64,000 nt of DNA from an uncultured Thermococci archaeon (GCA_964549615.1 CAZJVP010000011.1:32001-96000); one strand, 5' to 3'; shown: positions 10,126 to 20,348, numbered from the stretch's first letter. Program-made: numbers and translations. Notes: a model not told the origin generated them from the sequence alone.

Positions 10126-10515
10126 ATGGCTAAGGACAAAGAGGGCGTGGCGCACATCTACTCCAGCTACAACAACACGATCATCCACATAACCGACCTC
10201 ACCGGGGCCGAGACGATCAGCTTCTGGTCCGGCGGGAGGGTGGTGAAGCAGGACAGGATGGAGGCGACGCCGTACGCAGCGATGAAGGCTGCCATGGGGG
10301 CAGCCGAGGAAGCCAAGGAAAAGGGGATAACGAGGATACACATCAAGGTCCGGGCCCAGGGCGGCTCGAAGGCCAAGACTCCCGGCCCGGGGGCGCAGGC
10401 CGCCATAAGGGCGCTCGCACGGGCCGGCCTCATCCCGGGCAGGATAGAGGACGTGACGCCCATTCCACATGATGGGACGAAGGGCAAAGGCGGCAAGCGG
10501 GGAAGAAGGGTCTAG
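10126..10515 (+). CDS. rps11: 30S ribosomal protein S11 (uS11)
   Basis: [34 protein letters not shown]...GGKRGRRV. Confidence 0.98.
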   Translation: MAKDKEGVAHIYSSYNNTIIHITDLTGAETISFWSGGRVVKQDRMEATPYAAMKAAMGAAEEAKEKGITRIHIKVRAQGGSKAKTPGPGAQAAIRALARAGLIPGRIEDVTPIPHDGTKGKGGKRGRRV

Positions 10516-10521
10516 GGCCCG

Positions 10522-11295
10522 GTGCTTTGCTTGAAGTTCCAGATCCTGAGCCGCAGCGAGATGGAGATCGAGATGCTGGTGGAGGGGATCTCCCCTGCCC
10601 TGGCTAACGCCTTGAGGCGGGCGATGATGACCGAGGTCCCCACCATGTGCATCGACGACATAGAGGTCTTCGAGAACTCCTCCTCGCTGTATGACGAGAT
10701 TCTGGCCCACAGGCTGGGGCTGATACCGCTAAAGACCGACCTTGAGAACTACGTCCTGCCCGAGGAGTGCAGGTGCGAGGGCAGGGGCTGCAGCTCGTGT
10801 TCGCTGACCTTCATACTGGACCGCGAGGGCCCCGGCACCGTTCACAGCGGGGACCTCCAGTCCGAGGACCCGAGGATATTCCCGGTCAGCGACGACATCC
10901 CGATCGTCAAGCTGGCCGAGGGCGAGCGTATAAGGATGCAGTGCACGGCCGTTCTGGGCAAGGGGCTAGTGCACGCCAAGTGGCAGCCCGGCGTTGTGTC
11001 CTACAAGATGGTCCACCAAGTCGAGGTGCCGGACGGCTGTGATGCCGCGGTTGTCGAGAAGTGCACGAGGGGCGTGTTCGGACTCGAGGATGGCCGGGTG
11101 GCCGTGAAGGACACGACCCGCTGCAACCTGTGCGGCATCTGCCGCAAGCTCTGCCCCGACATCAAGATCTCAACCCGAAGCGACAGGTTCGTCTTCAGGA
11201 TAGAGTCCAACGGGAGCCTGCCTGCCGACGCAATATTCTTCAAAGCAGTCGAAGCATTAAAATCCAAGGCCGAGGAGTTCTCGGAGAAGATTTGA
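10522..11295 (+). CDS. rpoD: DNA-directed RNA polymerase subunit D (Rpo3) with ferredoxin-like Fe-S domain
   Basis: ANALRR, DEILAHRLGLIPL, HAKWQP, CNLCGIC cluster motif. Confidence 0.96.
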   Translation: MLCLKFQILSRSEMEIEMLVEGISPALANALRRAMMTEVPTMCIDDIEVFENSSSLYDEILAHRLGLIPLKTDLENYVLPEECRCEGRGCSSCSLTFILDREGPGTVHSGDLQSEDPRIFPVSDDIPIVKLAEGERIRMQCTAVLGKGLVHAKWQPGVVSYKMVHQVEVPDGCDAAVVEKCTRGVFGLEDGRVAVKDTTRCNLCGICRKLCPDIKISTRSDRFVFRIESNGSLPADAIFFKAVEALKSKAEEFSEKI

Positions 11296-11302
11296 GCCAG
11301 GC

Positions 11303-11390
11303 GCGGGGGTGGCCGAGCTTGGACAAAGGCGCAGGCTTGAGGAGCCTGTGACGTAGGTCTGCGCGGGTTCGAACCCCGTCCCCCGCACCA
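11303..11390 (+). tRNA. tRNA-Leu (anticodon GAG)
   Basis: GCGGGGG/CCCCCGC acceptor stem, CAGGC-TT-GAG-GA-GCCTG anticodon arm, long variable arm, GGTTCGAACCC T-arm, encoded CCA. Confidence 0.96.
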
Positions 11391-11723
11391 TACCTCGATA
11401 GTTCTTGCCGGAGTCCGGGAGGCCTATGGAAGACATAGCGACCTCGGCCTCACTATCTTGCCAGCTAGATGCGCGAGGCCCTGACTGACGGGGCTAGGGG
11501 CGAGAGGCAGGTCCATCGCTGTCGAGCTTCTAGAATCAAGCTCGTCCACCGGGTACTGGAGCATCAGGGGGACTATCCTGTCGTACTCGAAGCCAGCCGG
11601 ACGATGTGTACGGCGGGCTGCCTCATCTGCGGCTGACTACATATGCGGCCCCTTCTACTAGGCAGAGGTCCCGCCGGTGAACTACAGCCGGGCCGTCACC
11701 TAGGCGGGGCAGCTGTGCCCATG

Positions 11724-12971
11724 TTAGGTTACTCTCTCGCTAGTGCCCAAGCGGGTCGCCCCTGCTTTGCCATACAATTCCCGCCTGACCATCAGTATCC
11801 AGATCAGGGCCCCGGACAGAACCGAGACGCCGGCCACGGCCATCCATTCCACTGTGTACACCCAGGCCAGCGCCTCATCCTTGAGCCGGATTGACTTGTC
11901 CGTCAGCCTGTTCAATTCCTCCATCAACTCATTCATCAGGGCGTAGGCCTCGTCGAATCGTCCTTCTAGGTACATGGAGTCCGCCGTGGACTTGCGGTCC
12001 TCCAACTCGGCCAGCTCCACGCTCAAGCCTCGGGTGTTTGCCCCGAACATCTCGGCGAATTCGAAAACCGAGATGACTAGGGATCTGTCACGACGGAATG
12101 CCCACAGCATGTCTCTCAGCACATGGACCTTGATGGGGTCCTCGGGAAGCTCCCGGTGAGATCCGTGCCAGATGATGTTAAGTACGACATCGACCGAGAA
12201 CGGGTTCACATTCACATCCAAGAACGGATCGCTTCTTGTGAACCCCATGAATGTGAAGGTGGTTGCAGCCTCATATTCCCACTCGAAGATGTGGGCCACA
12301 TCCCCGGGCAACGGATAGGCATACTCGAGGCGGTCGGTCTTGATCCAGCTGAGTATCTTGCTACCTGGCTTCGGAATGGTGAGAAGCCCGCTGTAGGTCT
12401 GGATCGCCGTCTCGATCTCCTTCTTGAAAGGCCTCACCACGGGGGGGATAGTAGGATCATCGTTCACCACGAGCCTCCCCTGCAACCCAGACGCGTATCC
12501 CGGGTCCCTGATCGCCGCCATCGCATCGTTGGGAAAGGCCTCCGAAAGCGTGCTGGTGGCCCAGCGCTCGGCCAAGTGTAGGTGCACGCTGATGGAACTC
12601 CGGGTGTTTGCCGCCCCCAGCCCGTGAACCGTAATGGCTTCGTACATCCACTGAACCTGCTGTGGCAAAAAGAACGCCATGTCCACCCCCTGGTAAAGCA
12701 TGAAATCATACGAGACTAGATCCTCGAACTTCCTCGGGAAGTAGATCCGCATCATCCTCTCGATGAACCCCACCTCGATTCCACCGGTTGTGGGCTCTCT
12801 GAGGGGGACGATCGTCCCTCGGATGGCAGGATCGGCCAGCATCCATCCACCTACGACCTCGGTGAACTCAGGGTTCACCATGGCGAGAAGACCAATTGTT
12901 GAAGCAGTAGCCGGAAGGCAGGTTGGCAGGAGGAGACAGGTCGCCAGGAGGGCGTCCAGCACCCTCGGCAT
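11724..12971 (-). CDS. Stalked membrane-anchored surface protein, family paralog 3
   Basis: Likely ATG 12971 (MPRVLDALLATCLLL signal); RIYFPRK; EFAEMFGANT; WVYTVEW...WILMVRRELYGKAGATR. Confidence 0.85.
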   Translation of the reverse strand: MPRVLDALLATCLLLPTCLPATASTIGLLAMVNPEFTEVVGGWMLADPAIRGTIVPLREPTTGGIEVGFIERMMRIYFPRKFEDLVSYDFMLYQGVDMAFFLPQQVQWMYEAITVHGLGAANTRSSISVHLHLAERWATSTLSEAFPNDAMAAIRDPGYASGLQGRLVVNDDPTIPPVVRPFKKEIETAIQTYSGLLTIPKPGSKILSWIKTDRLEYAYPLPGDVAHIFEWEYEAATTFTFMGFTRSDPFLDVNVNPFSVDVVLNIIWHGSHRELPEDPIKVHVLRDMLWAFRRDRSLVISVFEFAEMFGANTRGLSVELAELEDRKSTADSMYLEGRFDEAYALMNELMEELNRLTDKSIRLKDEALAWVYTVEWMAVAGVSVLSGALIWILMVRRELYGKAGATRLGTSERVT

Positions 12972-13009
12972 GCGGTGGCCTCTAGGCCAAGTCCCGTCGT
13001 GATCCTGGC

Positions 13010-13097
13010 TTACCTGACCTAGTCGCATTCCCCTGAAGCCGTTTCCTTCGAGTAGCTTGATGACATCCCGAGGGCGCATGGGCCGGATACTGGGCAA
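13010..13097 (-). pseudogene. hicA: HicA toxin N-terminal remnant
   Basis: MPSIRPMRPRDVIKLLEGNGF resembles HicA N-terminus; GSH motif and rest missing; directly follows hicB remnant. Confidence 0.65.
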
Positions 13098-13099
13098 GG

Positions 13100-13316
13100 G
13101 TTTTCACTCTCCGTATCCCAAGGACTCCGTTTCGCAGATGTTTCCTCAATTCCCTCTTCACTCATGGTCTCCAAGTATATGGCTCTAGGCTTCTTTCGCG
13201 TTGTCCATAAGCACTTGCAGCGTATCTCCCTGCGTGTGACATCCAAGGAAGGCTGGAGCGAGTGACACGTAGCCTCCACTGTCATCTCCAAGAATTACCA
13301 TGTCGAGCTCAAGCAT
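13100..13316 (-). pseudogene. hicB: HicB antitoxin pseudogene
   Basis: VILGDDSGGYVSLAPAFLGCHTQGDTLQVLMDNAKEA* then frameshifted AIYLETMSEEG, a typical HicB sequence. Confidence 0.8.
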
Positions 13317-13506
13317 GTGGTCCTGCGTCCTTCTCGATCACAACCGTCATCCTATGGACAGGCATGGACGTGCCCCAGGTTCCCTTGGCGACGTGCGTTG
13401 TGTGTCTGTGCCTTATTATGGGTTTTCCTGTATCCTGCATCCCGTATGCCCGTATGTACGAATACCACAAGGCCGTTGGCGATTCGCTTAGAATGCCGGC
13501 AATAGG

Positions 13507-13851
13507 ATGTTCGACGTCGTCGTGGAAGCGGTCGGGGATCAGGAGACGGTCAACCTCGCGCCAATGCTGGCGCGCGAGAAGGGCATGGTCCTGTTTTTCG
13601 GCATCCCCGATTTCGGGACGACCCTGGCGCCGCGATCATTCTTCGGGAAGCAGCTCCACTTGACCACCAGCGAATATCCTGAGCGTCCCGACTTTCTCCG
13701 GGCCCTCCGAATGATGAGCAATGGCGATATCGACATGGAGAGGATGATAACCCACCGCCTTTCTTTCTCCGAGGTGCAGAGGGGATATGAGCTTGCCGAC
13801 ACCCGAGCTGGCGGAGTCCTTAGGGTTGTTCTGAACATGGAGGACTTCTAG
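13507..13851 (+). pseudogene. C-terminal fragment of Zn-dependent alcohol dehydrogenase
   Basis: FDVVVEAVG...MITHRLSFSEVQRGYELA...LRVVL; N-terminal two thirds absent. Confidence 0.75.
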
Positions 13852-14143
13852 TCCGAGCGATAAGCCGCTCCTCGGCCCTGCCGATGGCAATGTGAACCCG
13901 TGCGTTGCCCTTCCGCTCCCCCTTCCCCAGCCTCTCCTCCTGACTCACAGCTGGCTAGATACGTACCTTGTCGATTTTGGGGAGCCACAACCCTAGAGTA
14001 GGGATGAACTTCTTACGCAAGGCCTAGCGGATGCTGCTCTTTCCGTGAGCTGTCTTAGGGACCAAGGTTGCAGTGCATCTGAGTGCGAATCGTTCTCCTG
14101 CATGATGCGATCAACTGATCTCCAGCCGATTCGATCAGAGGCT

Positions 14144-15403
14144 TCACCGGGGCGCAAGCCTCGTGTATCGGACCTGCCTGTAGAGCCTTCGTCGGACCAT
14201 TAGTGACCAGAGCAACAGCCCACACACGAGCGCCGTTCCGGTAACGGCCAACCAGTCGATCACGTAGACCCAGACGAGAGCCCTGTGCTTGAGCCTCATC
14301 GCCTCGCCCTCGAGGTTCTCCATCATCTGGCCCGCGGTCCGGTAGCTCTCAAGCGCATCCTCGAAGCGCAGGTTGAGGTACTGGGGAAGAGCACCGGCAA
14401 CCACCCGGTCGATCTCGGTCAGCCTGTCCACGATCCTTTGGGTGTTTGCCCCGAACGACTCGCAGAACTCCAGCAAGGCTAGGAGCATGGACCGCCTTGT
14501 CGCGACCTCAAATATCTTCGACCTCGTGGCCTCCACCAGCGCCAAATCCTGGGGTACAGTCCTATCATCAAGGTAGATGAGGAGGTTGGCGCAGAAGTCA
14601 TAGACATACTTCCATCTCACGGAATAGAGGTACCATCCGCCCTCGCTGGCAATCGAGAACGTCCTCGGCCCGCCCTCAAGCCTCCATGTTACCATCAGGG
14701 GAGCATCGCATCCGGGCGAGACGACCCGTGCAAGCTCCTCGGCCCCGGGCCTAACGGTCAGGTAGTTGTGGTCCCATGGACCACCGCGCAGGGCAGGGTC
14801 ATCTGGGTCCCAGGGGATGCTTCTCATGAGCTCGTGTTCGGGCTTCAGTACGACTATTCGATGCTGTGGGGAGTCGTGCCAACCGCCGGGGACGTCCTCG
14901 GTCGGAAGCAGCGGCCCGATCGGTGTCTCACCCCACGCGGGATAGCCAGCGTAGCCGCCGAACGACTGCCAACCGCCGGTCATGACCATGCCCAGCCCGC
15001 CTTCGGAGACGGCGCGGGCCAGCTTGTCTATGTGCTGCCCGACCGCATGGACGTTGGCCTCGAAGAAGACGATCACATCGTAGTTCGAAACCACGTCTTG
15101 GAGGGTCCTGGGCATGTAAAGCCTGACGAGCCTGTTCAGGTCCTCAATTGTCGGGGCGGGCATCGGTCCGAAGAGCATGAAGTCCCGGATCGTGGCCTGG
15201 ACGAAGGTGGGCCGGAAGAGGGGATCGGACCTCATCAACCAGTACGGCATGGACCGCGCGACGCACCCCACGTAGAGCACGCCGATCCTGCCATCCTCTA
15301 GGCACCATGTCGCCGGAATAGCCACGAGGAGCAGGCAGAGCAGGAGGCCACCGGAGACCTGCGCCTTGCTGTAGGCACGGGCAGATTTCAATGGTTTCGT
15401 CAT
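14144..15403 (-). CDS. Stalked membrane-anchored surface protein, family paralog 4 (LEDGRIGVLYVGC subfamily)
   Basis: ATG 15403 ~25 nt after CTTAAGTA; RLYMPRT; GGWQSFGG; EFCESFGANT; WVYVIDW...WSLMVRRRLYRQVRYTR. Confidence 0.87.
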   Translation of the reverse strand: MTKPLKSARAYSKAQVSGGLLLCLLLVAIPATWCLEDGRIGVLYVGCVARSMPYWLMRSDPLFRPTFVQATIRDFMLFGPMPAPTIEDLNRLVRLYMPRTLQDVVSNYDVIVFFEANVHAVGQHIDKLARAVSEGGLGMVMTGGWQSFGGYAGYPAWGETPIGPLLPTEDVPGGWHDSPQHRIVVLKPEHELMRSIPWDPDDPALRGGPWDHNYLTVRPGAEELARVVSPGCDAPLMVTWRLEGGPRTFSIASEGGWYLYSVRWKYVYDFCANLLIYLDDRTVPQDLALVEATRSKIFEVATRRSMLLALLEFCESFGANTQRIVDRLTEIDRVVAGALPQYLNLRFEDALESYRTAGQMMENLEGEAMRLKHRALVWVYVIDWLAVTGTALVCGLLLWSLMVRRRLYRQVRYTRLAPR

Positions 15404-15487
15404 GCCTAGAGATTTAGTTCGTACCATACTTAAGGTTGACGATGGCCAATCGGTTCTCGGCACTGGTGGGGCACAGTGCCCGTCTCG

Positions 15488-15630
15488 TCAAATGCTGGAG
15501 CTGGTGATCAAGGTCTCCGAGGGAAGAAATGTGTCTCTGGTCTCTTTGAGTCTTTCTCCCAAGGCCCTCTCCAGCTTGCGCTGCGTCTTGGCGCATAAGG
15601 GATGGGCGGGGAAATTGTCCATCTCGGCTA
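15488..15630 (-). pseudogene. Probable sulfatase C-terminal fragment
   Basis: EMDNFPAHPLCAKTQRKLERALGERLKETRDTFLP resembles sulfatase C-termini (DPxExxNL...); same strand as the fragment at 17262-17530. Confidence 0.45.
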
Positions 15631-15783
15631 CTGAGCGTTACTTGGACCGCGACGAAGCGGCCTTTGAACACTAGGGATCCGCGTCGGTTCGCCTTGCCCG
15701 CGAGTGATCGCGTCTTCAGGCCCGCAAGGGGACGGTGCTTTACCAGGTAAAGTTAATAGCAGCTCGCGGCACAGCAGGGGTGG

Positions 15784-16429
15784 ATGGACGACAAGAAAAG
15801 GGCCCCAATGAAACTGGTCTCCTTGACGCCGCAGGAAAGCATCCTGCTGACTCTGGAGCACGGTATGCACACCTACACTGAGCTTAGGCGGGAGACCGGA
15901 CTCAGCGATAGGTGGCTTACGGCCAAGCTGCGGCAGATGCAGCGCGCGGGCTTTCTAGACAAGAGAGGGGCCTACTACGGGCTGAAGGGCGGGCCCAATC
16001 CCTCGGCCTACGAGCAGAGCCTTTTCATGGCAGGCCAGGCGGGTTGCGGACGAGCTGGCCAGGTTCCCCGCCGTCCTCAGCGTGGTGCTTTTTGGGAGCG
16101 TGGCCAGAAATGAGGCCGAGGAGTACAGTGATCTGGATCTGATCATCGTAATCAGCGACGGGGAGGCGAGGGAGGCTATCCTGGCCGATGTCGCAAGGTT
16201 GGAGATCTTGTACCATATGGCGATCGAGCCTGTGATCCTTTCGGGGGCGGATCTCTTGGATAACCTCCGCTCGTCGGGGGCGGGCATTGCGTACGGGTTG
16301 GCGGAAGGGTTCCAGGTCCTCGTGGACAAGACCGGTGGGCTTGGCAGAGTCCTCCTGGAAAGGACCCGCGAGATCAGGCGAAGCCATGTCTTCTTGGAGG
16401 AGGAGAGGCTGTGGGTGAGGGCAGAGTAG
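15784..16429 (+). pseudogene. wHTH-fused minimal nucleotidyltransferase (MNT) antitoxin, frameshifted near 16040
   Basis: wHTH (YTELRRETGLSDRWLT) then shifted frame RVADELARFPAVLSVVLFGSVAR...SDLDL (GS-x-DxD MNT motif). Confidence 0.8.
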
Positions 16430-16848
16430 ATGTGTTGCTTGAGGTTGCCGAGGCCAACCTGCTTAGGGCCGAGAAACGCCTGCGTGACGGGGAGTACGAT
16501 GCTGCGGTGTTCCACGCATCGATGGCTGCCGAGAGCGCGGCACACGCCATGATCCTGCAACTTGGGGGAACGGAGGCGAAGAACCACAAGGCGATAAGCG
16601 CGCTCGCCGTGGTGATGAGACGGGCTAGGCCGGAACTTCTCAAAGAGGAGAGGTACAGACAGCTCATCGCGAGAGGTAGGAAGATCGAGAGGGAGGTGGT
16701 ATTCTCCCGCTACCCCCTCAAGATCGCGGGCCAGTGGATCTCGCCCATGAAGTACTTCACGCTGGAGAAGGCGGGGGGTTCGGTTGAGATGCCAGGTTCG
16801 TCGTGAGCGTGATAAGGGCTCATCTGGGTAAGTCGCAGACTGGCTAGC
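16411..16848 (+). pseudogene. HEPN domain protein (MNT-HEPN module), C-terminal frameshift near 16790
   Basis: YDAAVFHASMAAE, NH motif, SRYP; final helix DARFVVSVIRAHL lies in another frame. Confidence 0.75.
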
Positions 16849-16980
16849 GGACGAGCATAGGCCCGGATGCGCATCCGTTCCTGGCATGCATTGCGCGGTC
16901 ATCATTCTATGGGCTCCGTCGTCGGCTCTGGCCTCATCCGCTCTTGATGTGAGAAAGGGCTCTCCACGGGCCCGGCCAAT

Positions 16981-17223
16981 GTGCTGTGTTTGAGGTTCCG
17001 GACGGAGATGACCAAGCCGGCCCTTCGCTCCGACGGATCACCGTCCCTTACCAGCAATGTGGCCATCAAGCGCCTCCGTAAGGACATCGTCGGGCTTCGG
17101 AGAGAAGTGGAGTTGATCAGACACATGCTGGAAGAGGACTACGATGTGGAGGAGAAAACAAGGAGAACACCGGAGCAAGAGAGGACGCCTGAGTCGGAGC
17201 ACGTGGATCTCGATGAGCCATAG
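16981..17223 (+). CDS. Archaeal RelB-like antitoxin (possibly degenerate)
   Basis: IKRLRKDIVGLRREVELIRHMLEEDY...RTPESEHVDLDE; overlaps start of a RelE-like stub. Confidence 0.55.
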   Translation: MLCLRFRTEMTKPALRSDGSPSLTSNVAIKRLRKDIVGLRREVELIRHMLEEDYDVEEKTRRTPEQERTPESEHVDLDEP

Positions 17224-17262
17224 GGTGAGACTGCACCCCAACGCCGTCAAGTCGATCCTTTC
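17213..17262 (+). pseudogene. RelE/ParE toxin N-terminal stub
   Basis: MSHRVRLHPNAVKSIL resembles RelE N-terminus, truncated by an opposite-strand sulfatase fragment. Confidence 0.5.
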
Positions 17263-17530
17263 CACCACCCAGTGTCTGCTTGCGCCAGAAACCGTGCGGC
17301 CCCAGCATGTCACCGTGGTCTGAGGTGAAGACAAGTATGGTGTCCCTTTCGAGGCCGTTCTGCTTGAGTGCCTGATCAAGCATGCCGATGCAGCCGACCA
17401 TAGCGGTGCAGCCGACCATAGCGGTTATGTGGGCGTAGTGGCCGGCGAGACGCCGCTTAGCAAGATCCTCGCAATCGTCGGGAACGTTGGGCCTCAGGAC
17501 GAGGGAATCGGGCCTGTATGTAGGCGGTAT
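17262..17530 (-). pseudogene. Sulfatase internal fragment
   Basis: HYAHITAM...DTILVFTSDHGDMLGPHGFWRKQ, the sulfatase TSDHG motif. Confidence 0.8.
17389..17424. repeat. Perfect 18-bp tandem duplication
   Basis: TGCAGCCGACCATAGCGG x2, giving TAMVGC TAMVGC in the sulfatase fragment. Confidence 0.9.
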
Positions 17531-18101
17531 CAGAGCCGGCTCCGGCAAAGGCATAAGCGATGGAGACTGCGTCGTGGTTGAGGTGAAGGTCGTTCATGAA
17601 GACCCCCTGTGTCAGGGGTACCTGCTGGTAACCATGCAGGCCCTAGCCGGCTGTAGACCGGGCAACCTATGGCCGCGTTCGTGAAGGAGATGTTTCAGCT
17701 GGCCAGCGCATCGAGGTTGGGCGTCTTGACGTTCGGGTCACCTGCCTAGCCAGCTCCCCGGAGCCTCCACTGGTCGACAAAACACGGACAGGACGTTGGG
17801 CATTTCGTTTCCCGTGATGCCAGTCCTCTTCATATCGACCGTTCCCGCCGGGTCGAGCCTTCTTGCCCCGGATGGTCCGGGTTGGGTTGCCCGCACTCTC
17901 TTAGGCGGACTAGCCGATGGCTTTCTTTGGGTCGGGTCAATAGATTTGGCTACGCCCGCCGGCAGGAAAGGACGAAATCCTCCCGTGTAGGGATGATGGG
18001 CAACGGCCACGGACTGACCAGAAAGTCTATAAGTTTTCCACGACCTATGATGGGCAGTCTCGAATGAGAGCCGCAAGCGCCTGGCGGGCGGAGGGCGTGC
18101 C

Positions 18102-19394
18102 ATGAGGGTGGGATGCCTGCGCAATGCTGAGTCGGGCAAGAGAAGTGCACATCAGAGGCACCGCGCCATCTGCGTCGCAACCGTTGCATCAGTCCTGCTC
18201 GTCCTCGCGGAGATCGGCCATGGCTTGGAGGACGGCCGAATAGGGGTGCTGTACGTCGGCTGCATAGCCCGATCGCGGCCCTTCTGGCTCATGAGGTCGG
18301 ATCCCCTGTTCCGCATGGGCTTCGTGCAGGCGACGCTTCGGGACTGGGCGGCCGTCGGCCCCATGCCTGCGATGAGCGAGGCCCAGGTTCACAGGATGGT
18401 GAGGATGCAGATGCCCCGCACGTATGACGATCTGGTGGAGCGGTACGACGTCGTGGCTCTTCACAACGCCAACGTTCTCGCCGTCTCGCCCCACATCCAG
18501 AAGATGGCCCGCGGGGTCTCAGAGGGGGGACTCGGTCTGCTGATGTCGGGCGGGTGGGAGTCCTTCGGGGGGACGGGGTCGTCGTATCCGCCCTGGGGCG
18601 GGACGGCCGTCGGCGAGCTTCTCCCAACGGAGGATGTGGTCGGCACCTGGGTTCCCTCTGGGCGCCTAGGGATCGACGAGCCGCGCCACGAGCTGATCAG
18701 CAGTCTCCCCTGGGATCTGACCGACCTTGACCTGACAAACGAGGTGAAGTGGGACCACAATCTCGTGACCCTTAAGCCGGGCGCCGAGCAGCTCGCGCAT
18801 GCAACGTACATGGGCCGGGACGATCCTCTCATGGTCGTCTGGACCTTGGACAACGGCGCCAGGGTCTTCGCCCTGACGAGCGAGATCCATCGCTTCTTCT
18901 GGCAGGGCGGGGAGTACCGCAACGTGTGGAGGTACGCTTACGACTACGGTTGTAACCTCATGATCTACCTGGACAACCGCCCCGTGCCGCAGGACGTCGG
19001 GCTCGTGCACGCCGCCAGGGCCAAGATGTTCGAGGTTGAGACCAGGAGATCGCTGCTCGTCGCGCTCCTGGAGTTCTGCGAGTCATTTGGAGCGAGCACC
19101 CGTAGCATCTCATCCAGCTTCGAGGAGATAGATTCGGTGATCGCCGAGGCCCTGCCGCAGTACCTTCAGCTCCAGTTCGAGGAGATGCTGGAGAGCTACC
19201 GCGTTGCGGGCGAGATGCTGGCCAGGGCGGAGGAGGAGGCGGTGAGGCTAAAGAACCGCACCCTGCTCTGGGTCTACGTGATAGAGTGGTTGACCGTGAC
19301 CGGCACGGCGATGGTCTGCGGCTTCCTGCTGTGGTCCCTGATGGTCCGCCGAAAGCTATACCGCGAGGTCCGGATCACGAGGTTCGCGATGTAG
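18102..19394 (+). CDS. Stalked membrane-anchored surface protein, family paralog 5 (LEDGRIGVLYVGC subfamily)
   Basis: Promoter CAGAAAGTCTATAAG upstream; RMQMPRTY; GGWESFGG; EFCESFGAST; WVYVIEW...WSLMVRRKLYREVRITR. Confidence 0.87.
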   Translation: MRVGCLRNAESGKRSAHQRHRAICVATVASVLLVLAEIGHGLEDGRIGVLYVGCIARSRPFWLMRSDPLFRMGFVQATLRDWAAVGPMPAMSEAQVHRMVRMQMPRTYDDLVERYDVVALHNANVLAVSPHIQKMARGVSEGGLGLLMSGGWESFGGTGSSYPPWGGTAVGELLPTEDVVGTWVPSGRLGIDEPRHELISSLPWDLTDLDLTNEVKWDHNLVTLKPGAEQLAHATYMGRDDPLMVVWTLDNGARVFALTSEIHRFFWQGGEYRNVWRYAYDYGCNLMIYLDNRPVPQDVGLVHAARAKMFEVETRRSLLVALLEFCESFGASTRSISSSFEEIDSVIAEALPQYLQLQFEEMLESYRVAGEMLARAEEEAVRLKNRTLLWVYVIEWLTVTGTAMVCGFLLWSLMVRRKLYREVRITRFAM

Positions 19395-19559
19395 GCTTCG
19401 GGTTCAAGCGAACCGTGGGCATATCTTTTCCCGCCTGACGGTTGGGGGCGGTCACGGAAAGCGCACCTGCTGGAGGCAGTGGAATTGGGGCAGGGGGATG
19501 AGATCCGTCCCGGTTGCGGGCTAGGTCTCCCTGGCTTCTTGCGGTCGAGGTCCAGCCAT

Positions 19560-20348
19560 TTACGGGAGCGAAGACGAGAGGCGGGGTTCGAGTTTCTGGG
19601 AGAAATCGTCCAGATTTCCCTCAAAGAAGATCAGCTCGCCGCGAACTCGAGCGCGCATGCCGGGCTCCATGGTGGGAAAGAAAGGGTCCGCGTGCATGCA
19701 GGGATGGTCGGGGTTATTGACGAGTGAGTAGGTGTCCTCAAACCACGTCATCGCCACAAGGCGGCTGCCATCCCGGGAGACCGTCGCGATCACCGGAAGA
19801 TCGGCCAGCGCGCGGCCGCCCCTCCAGCCCAGCCTGTACCTGCCCGCCTCCCGCTCTATCCTGCGCGCCTTCGGGAAGGGAACCCAGCCCATCTCCGGGA
19901 TGTGGACGAACTTGTTCTCGGCCGTGTAGTCGGAAAACTCCTTTATTGCCCGGAGGAAGACGCAGGTCTGCAGCTTGATGTCAGCCAACGTATTCTGGCT
20001 TCCGTTGAAGATGTACAGCTCAGTGCCCACGGCTTGGTCATTTTGCCTCACGAGCCTTCCCCCGAACGTTATGCCGTTGGGGAGTCTCCTCTCGAACGCG
20101 ATTCCATCCGAAAGCCGCTCCCACGGGACTTGCGGAAGGTCCGGGAAGAGGCAAGGAAACGCTGGATTCACGTGACTCAGGTACAGGAGCCCGAGGTTCG
20201 TGAAGATCGCCTCGGGGAAATCGAACCATAGATAGTCCTGGCTGGGCCATGGCGGGCTGATCCACGCGATCTGTTCGAACGGGTAGTGGGGGCGCCAACA
20301 GCCGGGCAGAATCCTTATGCCACTTATGCAGGTCTCGTAGGAGCTCAT
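19560..20348 (-). CDS. Hypothetical protein (Trp/Pro-rich, probable beta-sandwich)
   Basis: Clean 262 aa ORF with typical codon usage; WFDFPEAIF, HPCMHADP motifs. Confidence 0.7.
   Translation of the reverse strand: MSSYETCISGIRILPGCWRPHYPFEQIAWISPPWPSQDYLWFDFPEAIFTNLGLLYLSHVNPAFPCLFPDLPQVPWERLSDGIAFERRLPNGITFGGRLVRQNDQAVGTELYIFNGSQNTLADIKLQTCVFLRAIKEFSDYTAENKFVHIPEMGWVPFPKARRIEREAGRYRLGWRGGRALADLPVIATVSRDGSRLVAMTWFEDTYSLVNNPDHPCMHADPFFPTMEPGMRARVRGELIFFEGNLDDFSQKLEPRLSSSLP

Noticed and set aside
9382-10710. Long antisense ORFs (e.g. 9382-10710, 28215-29294, 49130-50410, 53867-55117)
   Set aside because: Shadow ORFs opposite well-supported genes, expected in high-GC DNA.
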